Positions 24,830 through 36,600 of a DNA stretch of 64,000 nucleotides are shown one piece after another. Numbering within the stretch: the stretch's first letter is position 1; each line of letters opens with the position of its first letter. Made by a program: the position numbers and the translations under genes. Below the pieces are notes generated by a model that worked only from the letters and a program-made list of their open reading frames with translations, was not told where the DNA came from and did no database searches. The stretch is from Basidiobolus meristosporus CBS 931.73 (taxonomy: Eukaryota > Fungi > Basidiobolomycota): positions 43,662 to 107,661 of the forward strand of contig MCFE01000266.1 of assembly GCA_002104905.1 (NCBI GenBank), in the 5' to 3' direction.

Positions 24830-25273
24830 GATGTAGCTGTCATAACATCACCACCACCCATATTAGCAAGTATGTTGTCAGCTCATACCAAAGTATAAAT
24901 GAAGCAATCAGGTGCAGCAGCTGCTAGCATAGATGCAATGGCCCAGAGAAATCAGGAAATAGTCCAGAAACAGGATGAGTAGACAATATGTGTAGAGCAA
25001 TCAATATCCCAGGTAGAGAAAGCAGTGTCTTTGCTGCAAAGAAGGAACTTAATTAGCTCAATGTCACAGCCAATAATTGAGCCATTTCCCAATATAACAG
25101 CAGAGAAACACTGTACAGTCTTTGAAGCACAACAACAGTGCCCAACAATAAAGCCCACAGAAACCTATTACAGAATGGGAGGGAGACAATGTGGTGTTTA
25201 TATCACAGCCTAAAATTAAAAGACATTGAAGATTTGTGAAGCCATTGAGTGCAATAATGAAGTGTGAGCTAAT
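24830..25273 (+). repeat. Diverged duplicate of 22720-23163, cut off by a Pangu insertion
   Basis: Shared ATAACATCACCACCACCCATATTAGCAAGTATGTTG...GTGCAATAATGAAGwGTGrGCTAAT. Confidence 0.85.
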
Positions 25274-25970
25274 AGACTTGTTCCATTGTACCATGCCAGG
25301 GTGTGCGGCTCAATCTGTGGTCTCTAAGATCAATCAGGCACAATATTATAGCTACCAGTAGGCAGGATTGCTCTTGGACAATTTTGCACCATGTGAGACA
25401 ATCTTGCACACTATGGCACAATCTGACATGATGAGGTTGGCACAAATGATTGCACCAGCTTGTAATGTTTGCATCATCTGTGTAATCAGATACCACTATT
25501 ATGGAAGGTATAATCTGGTATTTGGGTATGTTTCTTTAATGTAAATGGAAATAAATGCGTATCACACATTAAGCTACACTGATACTTGCCATTTTGGTTA
25601 CCATCACTCTAATTGGATGGTATCTCAGTGTTTAATTGGTCCAAAAGTATCCTGAAGCAGTCAGCCCCCAATTGGCTCTTTGACCCATACACAAGCTACC
25701 TGATTTGCCATCAAATATCTCATTTTGCTCATTGCGCAAGTAAATCTCTGATCCTAGTGATTGGACAAGGTGTCACAGCTAGCATGCAACCAATGGGATA
25801 GGTGCAAAATAGATCAAATGGCTGCATTGGTGTTACAGAAATGTATATATATGCAGGGTGTTTACTTATAGGGGCTCCGTCTAAAACGTGAGACAACCTT
25901 GATATTGCTTATGTCAAAAATTTAGTGATCACTGATTTGCAATGGCTCAGTTTGGGTTGCAAAAAAAATG
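25274..25970 (-). mobile_element. Pangu right-end fragment (~0.7 kb)
   Basis: AAT|AGACTTGTTCCATTGTACC; reverse complement of ~18660-19358. Confidence 0.88.
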
Positions 25971-25979
25971 ACATTACTG

Positions 25980-27652
25980 CAGGAATTAGCTGTTCTTTAA
26001 TCATTTTGCACAAATGATCAAAATTGATGTGTCCAAATCTCCTGTGCCAAAGCGTTTATGTTTCTTCACTTAAGCTCCTTTTATTGGCTTGCATATATGA
26101 TGGAATATAGGTCAACTTGTATAGACTCTGATATCTGATACCCAAAGCAATATAGGCATCATTTTGATCAGCAATCCTGCATCCAGAATTGCATAGCTGA
26201 AACTGAGTCCTTCTGTAGTGGCCTTGCTTACAAATAGTAGGTTCTTTGCTATTTCTGGTACATAGAGTACTTCTTTGAAGATAAGTGTATGGCTTCCTTC
26301 ACTGCTTCTAAGGTTTACTTGGATAGTTCCTTCTCCCACTGCATCAAGTATTCTAGTAGCCGCCATGAAAACCTTCTTAATAGGAATTTCTTTATATTGG
26401 GTAAAAAGTTCTTTTTGGTGTGTGAAGTGTGAGATGCTCCAGAGTCAATATAACACATCTGAGAATCCTTGTTTGTGGTCATATTCAGTGCAGGTATGTG
26501 TAGTCAATCTTCAGTTGTTGCAACATTGCCATATTCAGGCTTTTTCTGCTGACTATCTCTCTTCTTGAAGCACCAGTCTGATGTGTGTCCTTTCCTTTGG
26601 CAGTAACTACAAAACAGGTTGCTATTGCCATTGAAAGGTCTTGGGTATCTCCTTTGTTGGTTATCATTGTTTATTAAAGCTTTTTCTTCTTCCTTTGTAT
26701 TAGCACTTAATTTTCTTGATTCTTCATTCAGGAGCCTTCCATATGCATAATTTATGATCAAATCTTCAGTTCTGAACTCTAGGGCTGATACAAGGCCCTG
26801 AAACTCATCTGTCAGGCTATTCAGGATAGTTGCTATCACATCCTCATCAGTAGTTAGTACACCCACAGATTGCACCAGCAGGGTAATTCTGTTAATTAGA
26901 TTTCTCATTTCTTCTCCTGACTGCATCTTTGTGGTGAAATATTTTTGTCTCAGATACATTTTCTTAGCAGCTGAACATGACTGGTAGGTGTCTTCTAATG
27001 CCTTCCAGGTATTCTTTGCTGTTTTTGCTCTTGAGCATTGAATTAGCAATTTGTCTTTAACATTAAGGCAAATGCAGTTAAAGGCACTTTATTCTTTCTT
27101 CTGGTACTGCAGGCTTCCTCTCCAACATTTCTAGGAGGGAATTTTTCTCCCATGAAAATATCCCAAAGGCCTCTTTCTTGTAGCAGCATCTTCATCTTCA
27201 CCTTCCACACTTGGTAGTTGGATCCATCCAGCTTTTCAGCAGAGAGAAATATTCCAGTAAGAGCAGTAATAGACATTGCAGAGAGTGAGAGCTTGGGGCT
27301 CATTACCTATTGTAAGAGTCTTGGAGATATTGGAAGTGATTGGGAGGACAAGTAAATTATGTGGTTTTCACTTAATGATTTTTTGAATATAAAAGTTGTA
27401 TATATACTTTTACATGGTCTTGGCATTAAAAAAGCGTTCAATAGGTAAAGAAAGGTCCCAAGAACATGTGCGCAAAGTTTGGGGCTGTTTGGACAACTTT
27501 GAGAATTTTCATATTCTGGGTACCTGGTATTTTGATGAGAATGTTTTAAGTAGTTCCCAGCAAGGAATTTGGTCAGCATTCTCTAAGATTTTTAAGTGAT
27601 GATCCAAGTGACTAAGCTAGGTGAAAACTTAGGTGGAATTACAAATTTTTAA
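25980..27652 (-). mobile_element. Ty1/copia 5' half: 5' LTR (~27308-27652), PBS, gag and protease; degenerate
   Basis: LDGSNYQVWKVKMKMLL gag start, zinc knuckle CSYCQRKGHTSDWC, protease region VLYVPEIAKNLL. PBS-like GGTAATGAGCCCC directly after the LTR. Confidence 0.9.
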
Positions 27653-27659
27653 AAAAAAT

Positions 27660-28200
27660 ACAAGGTATATGGCAACTTAGCAAATATCAAACTTGAGAGC
27701 CAAAATGCTCAGCTGATAGAGGTGTGTCAATTACATCAGGTGTACATGTATGTATTAGTCAGTAGGCAGGAGGACATAGTTTCTTTGATTCATACAATAT
27801 GTAGAGTACCCATGGTGGTGGTGAATAGCAAATAAAGTGGGGTGACTCCATGGTAAAATATAACAATGCATAGGGGGAGATAAAAACTAAGCATCATATG
27901 GTGAATTGTTATGGTAGCATTGGACATGACTAACTGTTGGCTGCCATACTGTCATTGTAGTACCAGCAAAGTTCTTCATCAAGGCTGTCAAAATGCTATT
28001 AATTTTTTTCCACATAGGGCATTTGCAAGAATTTGCTTGTTAGGTCTGCTCAAATAAATGCAGACAGCATTAAGACTATCAGGATTCCATATGTGTGCTG
28101 CCAAAAGACTGTCAAGATACTGTAAAGTTTATCACTTTCTTTGGTAGTAAAAACAGCAAGACATCATCACAATTCTGTCATATTCTACATTTTTTGTGCC
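27660..28200 (+). repeat. Third, inverted fragment of the CACTA 3' region
   Basis: Reverse-complement similarity by eye to 19380-19810 (e.g. CAAGGTATATGGCAACTT...GCAAATAAAG...TGGTRAATTGYTATGGTAGCATT). Confidence 0.65.
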
Positions 28201-28550
28201 ATGATCATTTCAAAGTATAAATATTACTATACATTTAATAGATCACTAGGTGACAACTACATAATTGACTTGTTCTCCCTATCACTTCAAGTATCTCCAA
28301 CACTCTTACCACATTGGCAAAACAAACACCTAGAGTATGCTCAGGAGGGTCCCAAGGGCATTTACACAAAGTTTGGGACTGCTTAGAAAAATTTGAAAAA
28401 TTTCATGTTCTAGGTAACTGATGTTTAGTCAGAATATTTGAAGTACATACCTACAAGGATTCTGGTCAGCATTCTCTAATACTTGTAGCTAATGATCAAA
28501 GTGACTAAGTTATGTGAATATTCAGGTGGGATTATATGCTTTAAAACACT
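28190..28550. repeat. Two oppositely oriented degenerate copia LTR fragments
   Basis: Similarity by eye to the LTR at 59505-59850; boundaries approximate. Confidence 0.5.
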
Positions 28551-29078
28551 TTTCAATATACCCTGAGAGAAAAAAATTCAGAAATGGCCAGCAGATTAGC
28601 ATCATAGTATAAGCAGAATACCAAGTTTGTCTCAACTTGCAACTCCCAATTGTTTAGGTACTAGCTATTTGGCAGACAAGCACACATATTCTCCAAGAGG
28701 AGACTAGGCTAAGTAGCATGCATACTGCTTTTGGTAATCAACTACACACTACTACCAATCAAGGTTGCAATTAAAAATTTGAAGGAAAAGTACCAGCTAA
28801 ATGCTGGTAGAATACAATTAGGATATCAGCAGATTATATGAAGAATTCCAAGTTTGAGATTTTCCGTAGGGATATACTTGGTTACCAGAGCTTTGCAAGC
28901 ATATCACTTCTCACTATTGGGTTTGAGTCCCACTTGTATTTGTACTTCCTTCTCTCTTTGTGTGAGATTGATATTCAAAAGTGCAGAAATGGGCTTGTGC
29001 TCAGGAGATACCTGGCATATTGTGGTAAAGTTATCCCAAGAATACAACTACAAGCATGATGCAAAATGCAACGATTAT

Positions 29079-29420
29079 TGTAGATTAGTGGATACACCTG
29101 AATGTTTAGTTATCTCAGTCACCTAGAGTATAGTCTGCAAGTCCTAGAGAGCTCTGCCCAAACTGCTTAATGGCATTTACACAGAATACCTCACCTAGAA
29201 ATCATATACCCAGGATATGAGAAATCTCCAGGTTGCTTGAAGAGCTTCAAACTTTGCACACATGTTTCTTGGAGCTTCATAAGCATATTCTGCACGTCTG
29301 CTTTTCCAAGTTCATGCAAAAGGAGAAATCTCACTCCACAATCAATAAATCATCAAGTGAAAATCACATAATCTACTTGTTCTCCAAATCACTTCCAATA
29401 TCTCCAAAACTCATACAACA
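29079..29420 (+). mobile_element. Copia-family solo LTR marking the right edge of the TE nest
   Basis: TGTAG...CATACAACA, ~340 bp, homologous to 59505-59850. No TSD recognised. Confidence 0.7.
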
Positions 29421-30268
29421 CGGATTTCTATGTTGGGACGATATTAGACTCAGAGTCTGTTCGAGGCCTAATGAGCAGCACCTGGGGCCACTTCTATTAA
29501 TAATGCCCACCCATGGCCAAAGTAAAAACCACTTGATACATGAAAGTGAGGTGAACCAGGTGCAGCCTGGAGACAGACCAGGATTTCTCACAAGTAGTAG
29601 CTTGATAAGCAAGATATATTGTAAGTAATGCGGTGGAAGGATTTGATGTGGACCCAATGGTTCGAGACCTGTGAAGAGGTAAAGCATGGAGAAGCAGTGG
29701 GTGGCTCAGGAAGCGGATTTGCCGGGAACTCCGCCAAAGCAGCCCCAGCCATGGCTCCATATCTTTCCCGTAACCATGCATGGTGGGAATTCTTGAAACT
29801 CCATGCTGGACTGGCAGACCCCACTGCCATCATTTTCAACGGATTGAACACCAAGACAACATATAGTGGCGAATCACCACGATCTGACCGCTAACCTCAT
29901 CGGGTGGATGTGAGGGGTGTTTGGGTTAGTAAGGCAGCGGCCTCGTGGTGGTGTTGACTAAAGCCTACAGACCCGTCTGCACAATATTCAGCATGTATCA
30001 CTTCAGATGAGCGCGAAGCAAGATGAACTCCCTGTTGAGACAGCTGGCCACCCCCCATGGCCGTAAGCGCTCCCAGCTACATGTCTATTGGGATCTATAT
30101 TTACCTCCATGGCAAGTTCGAGACGGATTCTGATGGATCAACGCCGAACAACCCAAACCCATGAGCCCTCAATCGTCATGTGGGTGATATAAATGAGTGT
30201 TGAGTCGGCCAATGATCACCCGTCCAGACCCGAATCGGTTGGCCAGCATCGATGGATATGGGTGGTGC

Positions 30269-30316
30269 AGGTGTAGGCATAGGTGTAGGCATAGGTGTAG
30301 GCATAGGTGTAGGTAT
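30269..30316 (+). repeat. 12-bp tandem repeat (AGGTGTAGGCAT)x4
   Basis: Directly visible; the last unit is AGGTGTAGGTAT. Confidence 0.95.
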
Positions 30317-30825
30317 CCATGCTCCGCATCCAGAATCATGCATGATTGGGATCCAGAGGTGGGGATAAGGTTTTTGTGGTGATCATGACGATCCACGATT
30401 GCTGAAGCAATAGGACCATGTTGCACACCGGCCGAGTCAGCTCTCAGGGTCATCAGAATCGATGGATCTGGTGGGATGGGGTGCGTATATGGGCTCAGAG
30501 ATGGTGGTGATATGTCCAATTCGACAAATCTCGTACTGCAGCCGCGTATTGCCCGAAGCTCATAAAAGGGGAATCATTTGAACATCGCAAGCCTCCAAAG
30601 GAATTTGTCTCAGCACTTGACACCTGATGCAACCCAGTGTTGATTGGTACCGCGTACAATGGGTGGTCCCGCCAAATTCCCTTGCTTATTCGGGACATGG
30701 TTGAAGAGCGTCCGCACCACCGCAGGTATAAATAGCTCCAGCTCGCAGGCCTTGTGCCGCTTTCTTCCGTTTTGTACCATTTCATATCCCAACTCTCCCC
30801 CGTGGTTCCCATTCCCCCCTGCCTG

Positions 30826-32215
30826 ATGATTACATGTCACAACCCCTCCTTGTCCCAGGACTCCCCCAATTCTCTTGTAAATATTTCCTCCCGAGACGTA
30901 TGCGACAAGGACACCCTATTTAAGCTGCTGGACGAACACCATCGCCGCTTTCACGTTGAATACGGCGGCTACTTGGCGAACCATGTCACCCACAACCTGT
31001 TCTCGCTCTATGCCCTGGGTGGTAAGTTCCCCCAACTTTCCCCTGCTTGCTAGCGAACCCCTCGTCTAACCAGCGCGACCTCAGCCACCTCGGAGTGTCT
31101 TATCAGCCACTTCAACCAGACTGCACAGAATTTGGAGCGGTTCCCTCCATCCAAGATCAACATCACCGAGGAGAACTGGAGGTTCTTCCTGGGCCAGAAA
31201 AAGTAAGCCTTGAGGGTCGGGTCCATGGTAGGGATGCTCGTCAGCAACGGGACTAATTCGGCTCGTTTAGATACTATACCGACTACGTGAAGTTCTTCGA
31301 CGGCCGTGTGCACGCTTTCGGCTTGGTGGAAACGGTTCGGAAGTACGGCTCGGTGTTGATCCCGGGGCTTCTGGGGAACTCGCTCCATCCCCTGGTGCAT
31401 CTGGGGTTCGGGGTCGAGTTCGAACATCCTTCGGTCACGTCCGAGGGTCTAGCATACGCCGCCATGACCTATTTGTCGTACGGGGAGATTGTCGACGAGG
31501 CCTCCGCCCCATCTATGGGCAACCTGGCGTGCCAGCAGATCCTGGAGATGATTCGAACTGACAAACGATTCGACGGACCTTTCGAAGGACAGTTCCAGGC
31601 CAAGGTCAAGATCCTAGTGAGATCGAAGGCAGATCTTCTGAGGAGCTATGTGGATGCTTGGATAACCTACGGTAAAGTGCATGATCGGACAACGAATCTC
31701 CCACCCAACATACTGACCGAGCGGACGCCGCCTCCTTAGCCGCCGGCATTGACACCGAGCGAAAGACCCGCGAGGTGGTGAAGGCGGCCACCCAGATATA
31801 CGCCTCGGAGTGCCACAAAGGGCGATCCAACATCTTTCTTGGCCACATCCTCACCTCCTCATACGCCGTCAAGTCCCTGCTCCCGCACCTGTCGTCGGTA
31901 GATCGTACCCGACTGCTGCGCTTGTACTGGCTGGCAGTGATAGCGCATTACATCATCCTAGGAAGGCCCCACGTTCTCAACTCTGCCGCGGAGATGGCTG
32001 GAGTAGAGCCATCGAGGTCGTGGCCTGCCATCATCCACGAGGTGCTCTCCAACCTGGATGAGAAGGTGCCAAATATGGTTCGGACCTTGATGTGGGCCGA
32101 AGAGGTCGACGGCTTCCAGGATGGCCTCTATCGTCGGACAGCCGAAATCACCGTCAACATAGACAAGGAGTACGAGTGGGGTGTGGATGGGATTGGTTGG
32201 TGGACGGTGAAATGA
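30826..32215 (+). CDS. Questin oxidase / HypA-like (DUF4243) oxidoreductase, 4 exons (30826-31021, 31085-31202, 31271-31671, 31740-32215)
   Basis: YLANHVTHNLFSLYALG and GLLGNSLHPLVHLGFGVEF...EGLAYAA family motifs. GT-AG introns keep the frame. TATAAATA at ~30727. Confidence 0.85.
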
Positions 32216-32384
32216 GTCGAGGAATTGTCATGTTTGTATCACCCATCAAGTCGGATTCGATTGGATCCTGTTCTCCATGGAACATGCCACTCGGTATCAC
32301 TCCCCTGTATCTAAAAATAAACCTGTCCAACGACCATGTTGATTCCATCCAGCGAATCCCCTGATCCCTGAGATCGCATCTCGA

Positions 32385-32446
32385 TGGTTGCGGGCGGATT
32401 CGAACCCCTCAATCATCACTTATCGTTGATCTTGGTGGTCGCAACC
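32385..32446 (-). other. tRNA-like relic / isolated B-box (possible TFIIIC site)
   Basis: Minus strand GGTTGCG...GGTTCGAATCCGCC-CGCAACC-A: a 7-bp acceptor-like stem plus a perfect B-box at tRNA spacing, but the D and anticodon arms are too short. Confidence 0.4.
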
Positions 32447-32543
32447 CACTCGTTGCCTTCCCCGATGTTACACGTTCACCCAAAGGTAAACATAATGGAC
32501 TCGTCGACCGCGAGACAGTGAATGCTCACCCTCCGTATGATAG

Positions 32544-33219
32544 TATCAGGAAGTCGCCGCTGCCTGTGAAAGTTTCCCCGAGGAGGCGGCAACGCTGTTT
32601 CAAGTATACCTGGACTTGACCTTAGGTACATGACAAACTCCGACCAAAGCTCTGCCAAGCGTTCGCTTGCGAGTTGAGAATGGTCGAGCCGTTCGGGCGC
32701 TTCTTGAACTGCTGTGGTTTATTCATCAGGATCGTATTGTGTAGAAAAGGAATGGGCCTGGGTCAAGGCCAAGGAGATCGGGGGCGTGGCAAAGGTCGTG
32801 TTGGAAGGGAAGAAAGGGTTGGAGGTTCGTGTGTTCGTTTGGTTTACAGAAAGCAGCCTCTTCAGGGCCCGACTCGGCTGACCTTGCTGAATCTACAGGA
32901 AGAAAAGCAGTTCATCGTTCCCACCTCGACTTCCGAACCTTGGTCCATCGAAAGGTTTTCTGCTATCCCACTTTTTTTCTGGTTCCTTGGCTAACCAACA
33001 GAACGGTATTACCAGGTTGGAGGAGTTGTTCGACGAATTTCAGAGAGCCATTGGGGACAAACCCAGGTATTTCTCCGTCACTCATCTCAGCCCTACCGAC
33101 GTAGTCGACTTAAAGAGGATGCTTTTGTTTTTAGTAGCGTTATGCTAGCCATCACATCAAGCGATTCCACCGTGGTTTACTACAGAGTTTACTCGGGTAT
33201 AGTCCCCCCAAATCCATGA
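32544..33219 (+). CDS. SEN15: tRNA-splicing endonuclease subunit Sen15-like, multi-exon; first exon not resolved
   Basis: Exon fragments FQVYLDLTL, FIVPTSTSEPWSIER and C-terminal VMLAITSSDSTVVYYRVYSGIVPP match Sen15 signature segments in the expected order. Confidence 0.7.
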
Positions 33220-33639
33220 GCCCCTGCCCTTTCGTACCGTCAATAAAGTCGCCGATGAACTTCCCACAACAGCATGATTAGGTTTATTACTGATGTGTCC
33301 AACACACCTTGATGCGAAGTTGGGTACCTGTGAAGCATGCCAGCGAAGGGTGATACCAACGTGATAGCGAGGATATTACAAGGCATTTATATACATACAA
33401 AATGTTGCATTCTTCAAAAGCCATCTAGCGGTATTAAACTGGTAAAGGATATGACTAGGCTCTACGGAAGTACTTGAGTGTCTTTGGTATTAGGAAGAGA
33501 GCATAAAACTATATGAGATGGATGCGTCGCCCGCCACACGTACAGTGTGCTCTACTGCATTTCGGTTGCGCCGTGTCGGAGGTAGGCCGAAGGGAAAGGC
33601 GACCGGAGGAGGGGCTGTGCCAGGCGTTGTCCAGCAATG

Positions 33640-36600
33640 TCATACTTGTGGATCCTTTGTAGCAGTGATCAAAGGACCACTACGGTGTTTGGGTAGATCC
33701 ACATCCCTGTCGGTATTTCCAACCCCTCTGCTAGGGGTTTCCGGCTTCTCCGTTGGCAAGAGAGTCATCGGTGCTTGACCTGCCGTGTTGATCTGTTGCT
33801 TGTGTAGAGCCTTGCCTCTGTCGAAGTCGGGTAGCTTTAATGTGGCTATGGTCTCCATCGCCTTCTCATTAAAGATGGCCTCTTTCGTGTTCGGAGATGT
33901 CACAGCACCTCGCGTCTCACTCGCATCACTGACCGAACGAGACGTTCTTATGCTCAGACTGGATGCGCCACCGGCAGATTTGCTGCCGGAAAGTCCCGCG
34001 GTGAGGGAGTGTGTTCCATCCTGGCTCTTCCACTTTCTCCAACCTTCGAAATCGATCAACGCCTGCATGCAACCCCACTCCATGATCTTCTTTTCCAACC
34101 AGACAAGGGATACCGGCTTTGTGAGAAAGTCGTTACATCCAGCGGCAAGGGCGGCATGCCGATCTGACTGTAAGGAAGAGGCGGTCAAGGCCACTATGAT
34201 CACGGGTGACCGGAAGGGGGATGATGGCGAGGTGGGAGCGGAGAAGGAGACGTGCACGGGTGCCCCGGGTGATGAGAGCACACCGATTTTCTGCATCTTC
34301 TCCAGTCGACGTATCTCCTTGGTCGCCTCTATACCGTCCATAACAGGCAGCTGAATATCCATTAACACCAGATGGAACCCTCCTTCCTTCCACTTCTGTA
34401 CTGCTTCGAGACCGTTGTTGGCGACCGAATACTTGATCTTGCGCTTTCGCATGAACGTAGAGAGAATGGTCTGATTGATAGGGTTGTCCTCCACAATCAA
34501 CACTTTGATCGGTGGGCTGACCACACTCGACAGAGAAGAAGCGTTGGCCGCGGCGCTGTTGAAACGCGCGGATTTCTTTCGGGCAGTTGCCTTGGATGTA
34601 GACGGCTCAACAGATACTTTGGGTGCTGGTACGGGGCTAGGCGGCTTCATCTGTGTTGGCAAAGGCATCATAAGTGGAGTGTTGGCTCCTGACGTGGGTC
34701 GGATGGATGGCGAGGATATGACGGAGGCGCCGAGACTCGAGGGGGAGGCTGAGGTTCGGGCCAGACCATTTGTAGGCAAGATAATAGGCTTTCCATTGAT
34801 GGTAGGCGATGGGCTTGATGTTAGTGGATTGGCAGCAGCCGGCTTGGCATAGCCGACTGGGGTTCCAGCCAACGACTGGTCAGAGGTTCGTCGGGTGAAC
34901 ACGGGGTTGGCGATACGAGAGAGAGGGGATTTGGTGGCGTTCTGGCCAGCAAAGGATTTGGGATCAAAGACGATGGTGCCGGTCACCGGGGTTGAGGGAT
35001 TGTTGGTCGACAAGCCAGAGACGCTGGTGATGTTCTGGTCGCTCGAGCTTTCCGATGGCAGCCGGTAGGTATCGAAATTGATGAAGTCCATGGGATTCTT
35101 CTCCTCCTCCTTCGTTTGGTGGTACTTCAGCCCAGGGCTCATGGGGGAGGTTGCGATGGGAACATACGAGGGGTCCACTTTCGGCTTAGTGATGGCCGTG
35201 TGTAATGTTGTCAACAGTCTCTTTGGACCCACAGGCTTGGGGATTACCAGCACCTGGGGCGGAAGCAAATGGTGAGGCGTTATCAACAACGAATACACCT
35301 CGTCCTTGATCAGCTGATAGTTCGACAGCGAGGTAAAGTGGATGATGGAGGTGACCAGATGGTTGCTTAACGACTCCATCCGCCGATGGCGGCGATACTG
35401 ATGATTAGAAAAATTGAACGCCGGATTGTTACGCAGAGATATGAATTGGTCTCGAAGCGTTTTGATGTCGTCGTCGATAATGATGAACGTGGGCGGGGTG
35501 TTTGTTTTGATGGCCTCCTCCCTGGTCAGATTCAGGCCGATCAAGCTGGGCACAGGTGCCGACTGGGGGGTGGAATCGGGCGCTAGCTCTACCTCCTCCT
35601 TGGCTGCCCCGATGGGAATATGGGTGATATCCAGGCCACACACCGTCAAGCAGGAGGTAAGATGCTTCGCGAATACGGAATGGCCAGTAGCGTGCAAAGC
35701 AGCCTTGAGGCCTCGCAGTGTCAATGAGAAACGAGTCAACTCCTCGGGCGTTGGCTCGTCGGCTATGTTCAATCGGCGCCGAATCTCAGTATTGTTTCTC
35801 ACCATGCTGCTCTCCTTCTTGAGAGGCTCCTTCGAGCCAGAGAGTAGCTTGAAGTGTAGCTCGATTACTTGAGAGCCCACTCTCTCACTCGACAGAAGCT
35901 CTCCCCCCAGCCCCTCAACAAGCTTTGCAGTCAGATTGGCGTCGGGACAAAAGGCGGAGGCGGCTGACTCGTCCGAAGCAAATGGGGTGTATATAATCTC
36001 GAACATCAGATCCACTCTCTCGTCTTTGGAGCCGGTCGTATCTTCCGCCTCGGGCTTCCCCGGCGTCAGATGCAGCCCTAGCTCGACCCAAGCCCCCGGC
36101 GAGGCGGAGTCGATCATCGTCTTGATCATGGTGATCAAGACGTGGCGAAACCCAGCCTCGTTGCCAATTACATTTCTATGATGAAAGTCACAGTCGGCAT
36201 GGAACAATACAAGCTCCACCTTCGCCTCCGCTGCAGTGCCTGCCAACATGTCTCCCACACTTTGAAGTAATTCTCCGATATCAAACTCCCCGGCATCAGC
36301 ATCAGACTGCTCAGCTCCCTCAATCGTCGACTCCTCGGTGAAGAGCAGCCGGTTGATCAAAGTGAGATGGGATGATAGGTTGATGACATGCTTCAATGCG
36401 GCATGGACCGCACTGACGGAGGCTGTGGGCACGGGGATTGAGCAAGCCGACACATGCTCTTGAGGCTTTATGAGAAGCTCAGGGGGAGACAGCTGCTTTA
36501 CTGTTTCGATTGCCATCGAGGTTGCGTTTCTCAACTCGGTGGTCATGTTCTTGATAAAGAGCGCTTTGTGGTCTGCATGGTCCGAGTGCATCCGGGTGAT

